Source: Akkermansiaceae bacterium
GTDB taxonomy: Bacteria; Verrucomicrobiota; Verrucomicrobiia; Verrucomicrobiales; Akkermansiaceae
Reading direction: 5' to 3'
NCBI GenBank assembly: GCA_051251915.1
Contig: JBPOGF010000014.1
Span: 32,001 to 96,000 of the forward strand
Length of the DNA: 64,000 nucleotides
The notes beneath the pieces are model-generated. The model was not told where the DNA came from and searched no databases. It saw only the letters and a program-made list of their open reading frames with translations. Both the position numbers and the translations under genes were made by a program. Positions within the stretch are counted from its first letter, which is position 1. Every line of letters begins with the position of its first letter. This document shows, one piece after another, positions 38,094 to 47,053 of the stretch.

Positions 38094-39746
38094 ATGAAAT
38101 GCTTTTCTTTGGTTCCTAAGTTTGTGATGTTTGCTTGTATGCTAGCGGTTTTGCCGGCTAGTGGGCAGAAGAAGTTTGATTACAAAACAGTGATTGCAGA
38201 GCCGATACGAGCGATGCCAATTCCACAGATGTGGGAAGGTAAGGGGAAAAATATAGGAAAGCTGAATATTCCTATTTCTACCAATGATGAGCAGGTGCAG
38301 AAGCATGTGCGGCAAGGGTTTGCGTTGTTGCATGCGCAGTGGGATATTGAGGCTTATCGGCATTTTGCAGCGGCTCTGAAGCGGGAGCCGGATTGCTTGA
38401 TGGCGTATTGTGGGGTGGTGATGAGCTTGCTGAACCCTCAACACGAGTGGAAGGAATACCGAGCAAGGGCGATCAATAGGATGGTGAGTCTAGCGGGGCA
38501 TAAGTCTGGTGAAGGTGAGGATGGTGAGTATGTATTTCCTACTAATGAGCGGGACTATGCTGTGGCTATAGGGAGCTTGGTGGTGAATGGGTTGGATGCT
38601 GGTGCGGGGTCGTTTGAGGTGTTGGCTGAGAAGTATCCGGGTGATTTGCAGTTGGCTTTGTTGGCGCCATTTTTTAATCGAGGTAAGTATGATGTTTTTG
38701 GTAGTTCAGATGCTAAGCAGGACAGGGCGGTGAAGAGGGTGAAGGAGATATTAAATGATAATCCTAACAATCCACTGGTGACGAATTTCTATGTGATGAT
38801 GCAGATAGAGGCGCCATTTAATGCTGTGAATCAGGAGGTGGATGTGCTGCCTTATGCGAAGTGGCTGGTGGAGCAGGATGGAGCGGATTATCCAGGTTGG
38901 CAGATGCTGCTGGGTTATGCTGCATGGCGGACTGGTGAGATGGAGCTGGCGCGGGATTCCTATCAGAAGGCAGTGGTGCTTTATGAGGAGTGGAAGAAGG
39001 AATCTAAAGCGGGGATTTCTGAGTGTGATGGGTTAATAAGAGCGTATTCATTTTTGGCTTTGGTTCACTATCAGATGGGTGATACGAAGAGTCTGAATGA
39101 GGTTCTGAAAAAGTTGGAGATAGGTTCTCAGGCGCGCAAGAGCTCTGCTGTGTATGCGGTGAATTCGTGGAGCCATCAGATGCTAAGGGTGAATATGTTT
39201 ATTGCGAATAGTGAAAAGGAAGAGATAACGAATGCGCTTAAAAGTTTGCCGAAAATTAACAGTAAGGATGAGAGTAGGGAGATGTTTAATTTAGTGATAA
39301 AGGCATACCAGGCGTATGGGCTGACTAGGAGTTATAAGAATAGTGGGAAGGAAGAAAAATCTATTCAGATGTCTCAGCTGTTCAGTAAGCTTTTGAGGGA
39401 GCTTAGTGATAAGAGAAATGAGGCTAAGGAGGAGCCATATTATGCGCAGTATCTGATGTTGGTGCAGGCTTTGAAGGTTTATCATGCTGAGCTCTCTGCG
39501 GAGATGGTGGGTGATGTAGGTGCGTATAGTTTTTTCCAAGATGCGATTGATCAGCAGATGCAACCTACCCGATATTATCCACCTAATGTTCTCTATCCGA
39601 TAGAGTATAAGTTGGCGAAATTTTATGAGAGGAAAGGGGATCTAAAGAAAGCGCGGGAGACTTATAAGCTGGCGATGAAGAGGATGCCTAGTCATCAGCA
39701 GAGTAAGCAAGCTTATGAGAGGTTGATGGAATTGTTAGAGGATTAA
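38094..39746 (+). CDS. Exported TPR-rich protein
   Basis: Signal peptide; VRQGFALLH...EAYRHF...PDCLMAY; helical repeats. Confidence 0.7.
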   Translation: MKCFSLVPKFVMFACMLAVLPASGQKKFDYKTVIAEPIRAMPIPQMWEGKGKNIGKLNIPISTNDEQVQKHVRQGFALLHAQWDIEAYRHFAAALKREPDCLMAYCGVVMSLLNPQHEWKEYRARAINRMVSLAGHKSGEGEDGEYVFPTNERDYAVAIGSLVVNGLDAGAGSFEVLAEKYPGDLQLALLAPFFNRGKYDVFGSSDAKQDRAVKRVKEILNDNPNNPLVTNFYVMMQIEAPFNAVNQEVDVLPYAKWLVEQDGADYPGWQMLLGYAAWRTGEMELARDSYQKAVVLYEEWKKESKAGISECDGLIRAYSFLALVHYQMGDTKSLNEVLKKLEIGSQARKSSAVYAVNSWSHQMLRVNMFIANSEKEEITNALKSLPKINSKDESREMFNLVIKAYQAYGLTRSYKNSGKEEKSIQMSQLFSKLLRELSDKRNEAKEEPYYAQYLMLVQALKVYHAELSAEMVGDVGAYSFFQDAIDQQMQPTRYYPPNVLYPIEYKLAKFYERKGDLKKARETYKLAMKRMPSHQQSKQAYERLMELLED

Positions 39747-39770
39747 TTTAGATGATAAATATTAAGTGAG

Positions 39771-40472
39771 ATGGAGATGAACTCTGGAGATGATTTTGTG
39801 GTTCCTGGGTGTGATGGAGATTTTGAAATTCTCTATCAGGATGATGATATTTTACTGATTAATAAGCCTAGTGGGTTGTTGAGTTTGTCTGGGAAGAATC
39901 CGCAGAATTTGGATTCGGTTCATTATCGATTGGTCCATGGTCAGGAGGGTGTGAGTGCTGCGTTTGCTGATGCGATTCTTCCGCATCGGTTGGATTTTGG
40001 GACATCGGGGGTGATGGTGGTGGGGTTGCATGCGGGGGCTTCGCGGTATTTGAATAGGCAGTTTCAGGAGCGCGGGGTGAGGAAGAGTTATTTTGCGATG
40101 CTGGATGGGTGGGTTGCGGAGGATAGGGGGCGGATCTTAGCGTCTATTGCGAAGGATAAAGAGTTATTTCCGCGGGTGAAGATTTGTGAGAGGACAGGGA
40201 AGGAGGCGGTGAGTGAGTATGAGGTTGTTGAGCGTTTAGAGTTGCCGAGAAGGAGTTTGGTGAAATTTAGTCCGCTTACTGGGAGGACGCATCAGTTGCG
40301 GATTCATAGTCATGCTATTGGTCATCCTATTCTAGGTTGTGATTTGTATAAGAATGAGGGAAGCGAGGGGATGGCGGATAGGTTAATGTTACATGCTAGT
40401 GATTTGTATTTTGATCACCCGAATGGTGGTGGGTTGTTTCATGGGCACTGTCCTTGTACTTTTGTAGAGTAG
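39771..40472 (+). CDS. RluA-family pseudouridine synthase
   Basis: INKPSGLLS, HRLDFGTSG, TGRTHQLRIH, GHPILG, LMLHA. Confidence 0.93.
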   Translation: MEMNSGDDFVVPGCDGDFEILYQDDDILLINKPSGLLSLSGKNPQNLDSVHYRLVHGQEGVSAAFADAILPHRLDFGTSGVMVVGLHAGASRYLNRQFQERGVRKSYFAMLDGWVAEDRGRILASIAKDKELFPRVKICERTGKEAVSEYEVVERLELPRRSLVKFSPLTGRTHQLRIHSHAIGHPILGCDLYKNEGSEGMADRLMLHASDLYFDHPNGGGLFHGHCPCTFVE

Positions 40473-40475
40473 AAC

Positions 40476-42314
40476 TTATAGCTGGGTGAACTTTAGTATG
40501 CGCTGGATCAGTCTGGTGCCTCCTGTTTTATTGATGAAGCTGTGGATTCCTTCGTTAGCGAGGGTTTTCTTACCTTGTCTTAGTCTCGCCATGGCTAGGG
40601 TGTATTGGGCTCGTTCCTTTGTGGAGTCTATTTTTAGGGCTTCTTGGGCGGCTTTCTCAGCCAAGGGGTATTCACGATTTTTGAGGAGCAGGACGGCAAG
40701 CATGAGGCGTGGTTGGATCCATTGTGGGTTTTGTGAGATTAGTTTATTGTAGATAATCTTCGCCATTTTGAACTCTCCAAGATCACGAAAGACGCCCGCG
40801 ATTTTGAGATGTTGGTATGGGGTGGCGTGATGATTAATGTGCTTAGTTTGAAGTGTAGGGATTACTAGGTTTTGGTTGTTTGTGCGAAGATTGAGCCGAG
40901 CTGTTAGGATTTTTAATTCTATCTGGACGGTGTCACTGAACTCTACTGTTAAGCATTGAACTTTCTTGAGGTGTTGGGCTAATAGGGGGTAATTTTTTTC
41001 TGCTAAAAGACAGTAACCATAGTTGATGATTGATTTTGGGGAGTTTGGATAATCAGTATTCATTTTCTCTCCTGCGACACAGGCTTCGCTGAAGCGCTGC
41101 TGTTGGAGGAGAGAATCGAAAAATCCATGTTGTGCATTGTGCTGAATCTGTTTGACGAGGGCTGGATCAAACCGCTTCTGGTGGGATAGGATGTTGCATG
41201 ATCTGCCGTTATCCAATAGGTGATCCCAAGGGAGGGAGTGAGAGTGAGAGTGGGAGGGCTGCGCTGTGTGGCTGTTAGTTGTGTCAGGGGATGTGGTGAT
41301 GGACGGAATTGTGGAAAATAAATCGGTTCGTGGTTGGTGTGGGAAATCTTGAACAGCATGGCCTCGGAGGCTCATGATGGTGGGGGTAATGTCTAACACA
41401 TGAGCACCGTGGATGACTCTTCCCTCGATGAGGTTGCTTCCTTGTATCGCCCAGATTCCTGTGCCTTGTGGAGCGTGAGTAAGTGCTGATTGAACAGAGT
41501 ATGAACTGAGTATGTGAGCAGTGACTTCTTCAGGTAATTTCGAGAGCAATATGCCTAGAAGCTGGTCAAGTATGGTGTATATTTTGTCTCTATGCTTGGC
41601 TTCTAGTGCGGAGTGATTAATGAGCGTGGAGGCTTCTAATAGACCAGGGTATGAAATGAAGCTGACATCCCATTGTTGGTGTTCAAGCATGTAGAGGCTG
41701 GCTGCATGGATGGAATAAATTTGTGCTATGAGTAGACGGATCTGTTGATATTTGCTCTGAGATTCTTTGTCTTGTTGGAGTTCTGTTAGATTGATCCCTA
41801 AGAACTCACAGAGTAGCTGGTCATTAATCTCAGTGTGCTGGATTCTGGAGCGATTGAGAGCTTGGTGGAATTCTTCATTTACTGATGATGAAAGACTATC
41901 GAGCGGTGTGCAGTGTAGGTAGCGAAGGTGGCCATTCCAACTGAATCTATCAGAAATGACAGCGGCGTTAGATGTGGCGGGGTGGGTGAGTGGCCAATTT
42001 ATGGTTAAACATTGGTCTCCATAATTGGTGAGAGTTTGCCAGATGGGTTTCCAGTCAGATGAGAGAACTTCTGAGACTAAGCCGTTGTTTGCTTTTAGAT
42101 TACTGAAGATATGATGATCACATGGGGGGGATCCGATAGCAATACTGGTGGCACCAGTGATGGCAGAGATAGGCTCTACGCTGGTGAGTCTGCCGGCGGT
42201 TCCGTTGCTACAAAATGCTTGAAAATTAGGGAGTTTTCCTAACTTGATGAGACGTTCTATATCGACCCAACTGGCAGTTTCCCAAAGTAGAACGAGTTGT
42301 TTATGTGGCTTCAT
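40476..42314 (-). CDS. Degenerate alkaline-phosphatase-superfamily (phosphodiesterase-like) domain plus TPR
   Basis: G.LPNF...GTAGRLTSVEP...TSIAIG, INWPLTHP, LDQLLG, VLDITPT; TPR C-terminus. Confidence 0.65.
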   Translation of the reverse strand: MKPHKQLVLLWETASWVDIERLIKLGKLPNFQAFCSNGTAGRLTSVEPISAITGATSIAIGSPPCDHHIFSNLKANNGLVSEVLSSDWKPIWQTLTNYGDQCLTINWPLTHPATSNAAVISDRFSWNGHLRYLHCTPLDSLSSSVNEEFHQALNRSRIQHTEINDQLLCEFLGINLTELQQDKESQSKYQQIRLLIAQIYSIHAASLYMLEHQQWDVSFISYPGLLEASTLINHSALEAKHRDKIYTILDQLLGILLSKLPEEVTAHILSSYSVQSALTHAPQGTGIWAIQGSNLIEGRVIHGAHVLDITPTIMSLRGHAVQDFPHQPRTDLFSTIPSITTSPDTTNSHTAQPSHSHSHSLPWDHLLDNGRSCNILSHQKRFDPALVKQIQHNAQHGFFDSLLQQQRFSEACVAGEKMNTDYPNSPKSIINYGYCLLAEKNYPLLAQHLKKVQCLTVEFSDTVQIELKILTARLNLRTNNQNLVIPTLQTKHINHHATPYQHLKIAGVFRDLGEFKMAKIIYNKLISQNPQWIQPRLMLAVLLLKNREYPLAEKAAQEALKIDSTKERAQYTLAMARLRQGKKTLANEGIHSFINKTGGTRLIQRILKFTQL

Positions 42315-42387
42315 AAAGCAGAACAGCTACCAATCTGATGATTGATAGCTGTGGGAGGAAATTGGTTATGTCGTTGAAGGTGTGCAA

Positions 42388-43038
42388 TTAACTGGCTTGT
42401 CTGCGGCGGTGAGTGGCAATGCCAAGGACGCCGAGGGAAAGCAGGGCTAGTGAGCTCGGCTCAGGAACTACTGTGATAGCGGTATCAGCAGAATTCTCTG
42501 TTCCGCCAGATTTAAGAATGAGGCTACCTCTATCAGCATTGAGGAAACCATAGTATTCTTCTCCGCCTGATTGTTTGATAAATCCGATGGCGGTGTTTGC
42601 TTTAGAAAAATCATATTCAGCCCCTTCAGCCGTTAGCTCAGTGATTACTAAAAACGGATCACCGAGAAACGAATCACTACCATCAAGGACATCACCTTGT
42701 TTATAAGCTGTTGCAAGTTTCTGTGATCCGAAGGTATCACCAGCTCCGCCAGCATAGGATGTCCCGAAAAACTCACCTCCGAATACGAGGTAGCCTGACT
42801 GGAGAGAATCAATAATATATCCTTCATTTTCACCAGCAATCGTCGATATGCTGTAATCGTGAACACCAACGGTCTCGGTTAATGAAATGGAGGCAGTTTC
42901 AAAATCGTAAAAGGCAGTATTAATACCACCTAGGCTGAGTGTTATGTCTGCGAAATCGTTGAAAACCACGGAGCCTTGTGATTGTGTGGCAGCGAGTCCA
43001 GTAGAACACAATGATATGATAGATAGTTTTTTGTTCAT
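42388..43038 (-). CDS. PEP-CTERM sorting-domain protein
   Basis: Signal peptide MNKKLSII...; C-terminal VPEPSSLALLSLGVLGIATHRRR. Confidence 0.95.
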   Translation of the reverse strand: MNKKLSIISLCSTGLAATQSQGSVVFNDFADITLSLGGINTAFYDFETASISLTETVGVHDYSISTIAGENEGYIIDSLQSGYLVFGGEFFGTSYAGGAGDTFGSQKLATAYKQGDVLDGSDSFLGDPFLVITELTAEGAEYDFSKANTAIGFIKQSGGEEYYGFLNADRGSLILKSGGTENSADTAITVVPEPSSLALLSLGVLGIATHRRRQAS

Positions 43039-43103
43039 ACTATGTACATTAATAAATAAAATGAACACTTGTCAAGAGGTTTTGAAACTAGCAGAGTTAT
43101 ATC

Positions 43104-43766
43104 ATGCATGTGACTACTAATGAGAGTAAGAAAAGGGCGATACTTTGCATGTTCTCTGGAGGGTTAGATTCGCTTGGCGTTCTTTATAGGTTGTTAACAG
43201 ATACTAAGTTTGATGACTATCAGATACATGTGCATCATATGCATTTACTAAATGTGGAGGAAAGAGCAGAAGCTGAGGGGCAAGCAGTAGAGCGCGTCTT
43301 GCCTCTCATCCAGGAGCTGACTGGAAAGACTGTCCGATTTACTGAAAATGTGATGGAATACCGGTTTCTTAAAAGTAGGTTTATCTGGGATATGGATCTA
43401 GCGGCATTCATGAGTGCGAATATTGTTAGAGAGTATCAAGATATTGAGATGGTGGCGATGGGGCGGACGAAAACTGATATTGAGGATGGGTCAGAGGATT
43501 TTTTTAAGCGTATGGAGAGAGCTCAGAAGCTGTATGAGGTGACACTTTCACTTGAGGAGGGATTTGAAATTCCGGAAAGGGTTTTTCCAGTATTGGATCT
43601 AACTAAAGCGGACATTTTTGCGATGTTGCCATCTGAGTTGCGTGTTCTTGCATGGTCATGCAGGCAGCCAGTGTATCTGGATGACGAACCTTCAGTGAGG
43701 TGTGGTGCATGTCATACTTGTCAGGATTTAGAGCGTATGGAGGCGGAGCTAGAAAACAGCCATTAA
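43104..43766 (+). CDS. QueC-like PP-loop ATPase (adenine nucleotide alpha-hydrolase)
   Basis: FSGGLDS PP-loop; WSCRQP...CGACHTC Zn cluster. Confidence 0.8.
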   Translation: MHVTTNESKKRAILCMFSGGLDSLGVLYRLLTDTKFDDYQIHVHHMHLLNVEERAEAEGQAVERVLPLIQELTGKTVRFTENVMEYRFLKSRFIWDMDLAAFMSANIVREYQDIEMVAMGRTKTDIEDGSEDFFKRMERAQKLYEVTLSLEEGFEIPERVFPVLDLTKADIFAMLPSELRVLAWSCRQPVYLDDEPSVRCGACHTCQDLERMEAELENSH

Positions 43767-43773
43767 TAAGATT

Positions 43774-44493
43774 GTGGAATACAAAGATATATTTAACCAC
43801 CGGGGTGATGCGTATCATGAAGCGATGCAGCTGTGCCCTGATGCTAGGAGGGAGGAGTTTCTTATTCCGCTACGTTTGTTGGATTTGAAGCCTGATGCTG
43901 TGATTTATGATTTTCCATCGGGTGGCTGTTATGTGAGGCAGTTTTTACCTAAAGAGCTGTTGTCTGTGCGGGTGAATGCGCTGGAGGTAAGTTCTGAGTT
44001 TGCATCGAATCGTGAGCAATGCTTGCTTGCTAGTTGGGTGGACTTGCCTATTCAAAGTAGTTCCGCAGATGGAATTTTGTCGCTGGCTGCGCTTCATCAT
44101 ACGGGGCAGCGGGCGGGGTTTTATTCTGAGGCTTATCGAGCGCTGAAGGTAGGTGGGCGATTTGTGATAGGAGATGTGGAGAAGGGGACTGCGCAAGATA
44201 GCTTCTTAAATGGGTTTGTGAATGAGTTTAACTCTATGGGGCATGACGGAGATTTCCTTGTGCCGGGGGTTGAGGAAGAGCGGTTGTTGAGAGCGGGATT
44301 CTCGGTTACTGAGAATGGAAGGTATTCTTATTTGTGGGAGTTTGATAGTGAAGAGAAAATGATTTCGTTTTGCCGAGGGTTGTTTGGATTAGACTTGGCG
44401 AGCGACGCAGAGATCATGCAGGGAGTAGAGCCCCTTCTCACCGCGGCGCATTCTATGCAGTGGTCGCTACGGTTCATTCGGGGGGTGAAATAG
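43774..44493 (+). CDS. Class I SAM-dependent methyltransferase
   Basis: DFPSGGCY, LPI..ADGILSLAALHH, YRALKVGGRFVIGD. Confidence 0.85.
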   Translation: MEYKDIFNHRGDAYHEAMQLCPDARREEFLIPLRLLDLKPDAVIYDFPSGGCYVRQFLPKELLSVRVNALEVSSEFASNREQCLLASWVDLPIQSSSADGILSLAALHHTGQRAGFYSEAYRALKVGGRFVIGDVEKGTAQDSFLNGFVNEFNSMGHDGDFLVPGVEEERLLRAGFSVTENGRYSYLWEFDSEEKMISFCRGLFGLDLASDAEIMQGVEPLLTAAHSMQWSLRFIRGVK

Positions 44494-44513
44494 GGAGGGC
44501 TGGAGGTAAGTTT

Positions 44514-45065
44514 TTATTGTTTATCTTTATCTTCGGCTGGTTTGTCCGGGACGAATTTTAGGACGATGCCGTTGATGCAGTAGCGTTGGTCGGTTGGGGT
44601 GTTGAAGCCTTCGCCTTTGAAGAGGTGGCCGAGGTGGGCATCGCATTTGGCGCAGTTTACTTCGGTGCGGATGGAGCCTAGTGAGCGGTCTTCTTTGGTG
44701 GTGACGTTTTGGTTGTTGGCGGGGTCGTAGAATGATGGCCAGCCGCAGCGAGCGTCAAATTTTTCTTTGGAGGTGAAGAGTTTGGAACCGCAGGCTACGC
44801 AGTGGTAGGCGCCTGCGCCTTGTTGTTTGAATTGTTTGTAGACTTCGCCATTTGGGAGTTCGGTGCCGGATTTTCTGGCGACTCTGAATTGTTCAGCGGT
44901 GAGTAATTTTTTCCACTCGGCTTCAGTTTTTTCTACTTTTTCGGTAGGTTCTTGTGGTGCTTTGTCTGATGTTTCCATAGGATTATTTTTGGCTTCTTTA
45001 GCTTGGCATGATGTTAGTGATGCGGCGAGTATGAGGGTGCTTATAATGTGATTTAGTTTTCTCAT
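44514..45065 (-). CDS. msrB: Exported peptide-methionine (R)-S-oxide reductase
   Basis: GTE, CVAC, KFDARCGWPSF, CAKCDAHLGHLF, RYCING; N-terminal export signal (possible lipobox LTSC). Confidence 0.95.
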   Translation of the reverse strand: MRKLNHIISTLILAASLTSCQAKEAKNNPMETSDKAPQEPTEKVEKTEAEWKKLLTAEQFRVARKSGTELPNGEVYKQFKQQGAGAYHCVACGSKLFTSKEKFDARCGWPSFYDPANNQNVTTKEDRSLGSIRTEVNCAKCDAHLGHLFKGEGFNTPTDQRYCINGIVLKFVPDKPAEDKDKQ

Positions 45066-45170
45066 GGGGATAGTTTAGAGTGAACAATGAGGTACCTTAT
45101 TCTACATTTTTGAAGATGCAAACCATCAAATGCTTGAAGCATCATAGGGTTGTGGATAGGGTGTATTTAG

Positions 45171-46895
45171 ATGATGAATTTTGGAAGTTTTGATGTATTA
45201 GCTGCTGGTGGGGCTGTGCCGCCTATTTTTGTGCTGTTAACGTTGGTGTTGAGTTCGGTGGTGGTGGTTTCTTTGGTGTGTGCGCAGTTGAAGCAGTCGT
45301 TGTTGGTGGGGTATTTTGTTTGTGGGTTGATTTTGTCTAACAGTGGGATTCTGGATTGGGCTGGGGTTGGGGATATTGCTTTGGTTCAGGATTTGTCGGA
45401 GATTGGTATTGTGTTGTTGTTGTTTACTTTGGGGATAGAATTTTCTGTTAAAGAGTTGAAGGCATTGCGGAGGCCTGCTTTGTTGGGTGGAGGAGTGCAG
45501 GTGGGGTTGTGTATCTTGGTAGCGATGGGGGTGGGTATGATGTGTGGTTTGGAGTGGCGGGCGTCGCTTTTGTTAGGCTTTATGGTTTGTTTGTCATCTA
45601 CGGCGGTGAGTTTGAAGACGTTTCAGGACTTGGGCTTGCCGGAGAGTCCGCAGGCTAGGGTAACTTTAGGGATGGCGTTGTTTCAGGATTTGATGACGAT
45701 TTTGTTTATGGTGTTGTTGCCGGTTATAGTGAGTGATTCTAGTGACTCTGGGAGTGATTTATTTTATGCTTTAATTAAGGGGGTAGGGTTTACGGTTTTT
45801 CTGGTGGTGATCAGTAGGTTTGGATTGCCGCAGATGTTGGATGCGGTGGCTAAGTCTCGTAGTCGGGAGCTGTTTACTGTTACGGTGATAGGGTTGTGTG
45901 CGGCGGTGGCGTTGTTGAGTGGGGTGTTGGGGTTGAGTCCTGCGCTGGGGGCATTTGCGGCTGGTGTGGTGGTGAGTGAGTCGATTTATTCTCATCGGGT
46001 TCTTTCGGATATTTTGCCTTTTAAGGATCTGTTTCTGACTATCTTTTTTGTATCGGTAGGGTTGTTGATTGATTTGGATTTGGTGATGAAGGAATGGGTG
46101 TGGGTGTTGACTATCTCAGCTGCGCTTGTTTTGTTGAAGGGCGGGGTGGTTTACTTTGCTGCGAGGTTGTCTGGATTGCAAAGTTCTAGGAGTTTGGTGG
46201 TGGCTGCGGCGTTGTGTAGTATGGGGGAATTTTCAATTGTGGTGTTGAATAGGTCGATGGAGTTGAAGGTGTTTGATGTGAGGGTGGAGCAGCTTATTTT
46301 AGCGAGTACGGCGTTGAGTATGGCACTGGTACCGACGTTAATGAAGCTGGGGGTGGTTTATTCTAGAAAGCGGAGTGATAGAAATGTAAAGTCTAAGCGA
46401 GGGAAGAAGGAGAGCATTTGGGAAAGCGAGATTGGGATGATTGGTCAGATAGAGCATATTCATGACCATGTGATTATTTGTGGGTATGGTCCTGTGGGGC
46501 AGAATTTGCATAAGAATTTGCAGTCAATGCATATTCCGGTGGTGATTTTGGAGATGAATCCGGAGACGGTGAAGAAGCTGATAGGTGAAGGGCATTTTGC
46601 ATTGTTTGCGGATGCACGGGATCGGGAGGGGCTGATGGTTGCTAGGGTGGAGCATGCGAGGGGGCTGGCGGTGACGTTTCCTGATAAACCTATTTCACTT
46701 GCTATTGTGCATACGGCGAGGGAGATGAATGAATCGTTGTTGTTGTATGTGAGGTGTAAGTTTAAAGCGGATTTGAAGGATTTTGAGGGAGCGAGGATTG
46801 ACCATGTGTTGCTGGATGAGGAGCAGAGTGGGCGGGCGATGATCAAGAGGGTGATGCTGAGTTATTCTAAGGAGTTTGATGAGAGCTGGATGTGA
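45171..46895 (+). CDS. Cation:proton antiporter-2 (Kef/YbaL-like) with TrkA-N domain
   Basis: LLFTLGIEFS, LSSTAV, FQD, LGAFAAG, FFVSVG, GEFS, HVIICGYGPVG. Confidence 0.9.
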   Translation: MMNFGSFDVLAAGGAVPPIFVLLTLVLSSVVVVSLVCAQLKQSLLVGYFVCGLILSNSGILDWAGVGDIALVQDLSEIGIVLLLFTLGIEFSVKELKALRRPALLGGGVQVGLCILVAMGVGMMCGLEWRASLLLGFMVCLSSTAVSLKTFQDLGLPESPQARVTLGMALFQDLMTILFMVLLPVIVSDSSDSGSDLFYALIKGVGFTVFLVVISRFGLPQMLDAVAKSRSRELFTVTVIGLCAAVALLSGVLGLSPALGAFAAGVVVSESIYSHRVLSDILPFKDLFLTIFFVSVGLLIDLDLVMKEWVWVLTISAALVLLKGGVVYFAARLSGLQSSRSLVVAAALCSMGEFSIVVLNRSMELKVFDVRVEQLILASTALSMALVPTLMKLGVVYSRKRSDRNVKSKRGKKESIWESEIGMIGQIEHIHDHVIICGYGPVGQNLHKNLQSMHIPVVILEMNPETVKKLIGEGHFALFADARDREGLMVARVEHARGLAVTFPDKPISLAIVHTAREMNESLLLYVRCKFKADLKDFEGARIDHVLLDEEQSGRAMIKRVMLSYSKEFDESWM

Positions 46896-46973
46896 TGGTG
46901 GACGGTCGTTGATGCTTTCAATCGCAAGCTATCAAATTCATAGCATCTCAGATTAGGTAAAGTGAAAAAAAAA

Positions 46974-47000
46974 GTGTCACATCTCTAGAGTGAAACAATA
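46974..47000 (+). promoter_or_regulatory. Candidate ECF-sigma promoter GTGTCA-N14-AACAATA
   Basis: Identical boxes and spacing recur at 48619-48645. Confidence 0.6.
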
Positions 47001-47053
47001 CTCATGAGTAACGCCGATGTTATTATGAGTGTTCAAATAAACTACTTAATCAT

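Noticed and set aside
44514..45065. MsrB as a second selenoprotein
   Set aside because: The catalytic position is Cys (RYCING) and there is no in-frame UGA.
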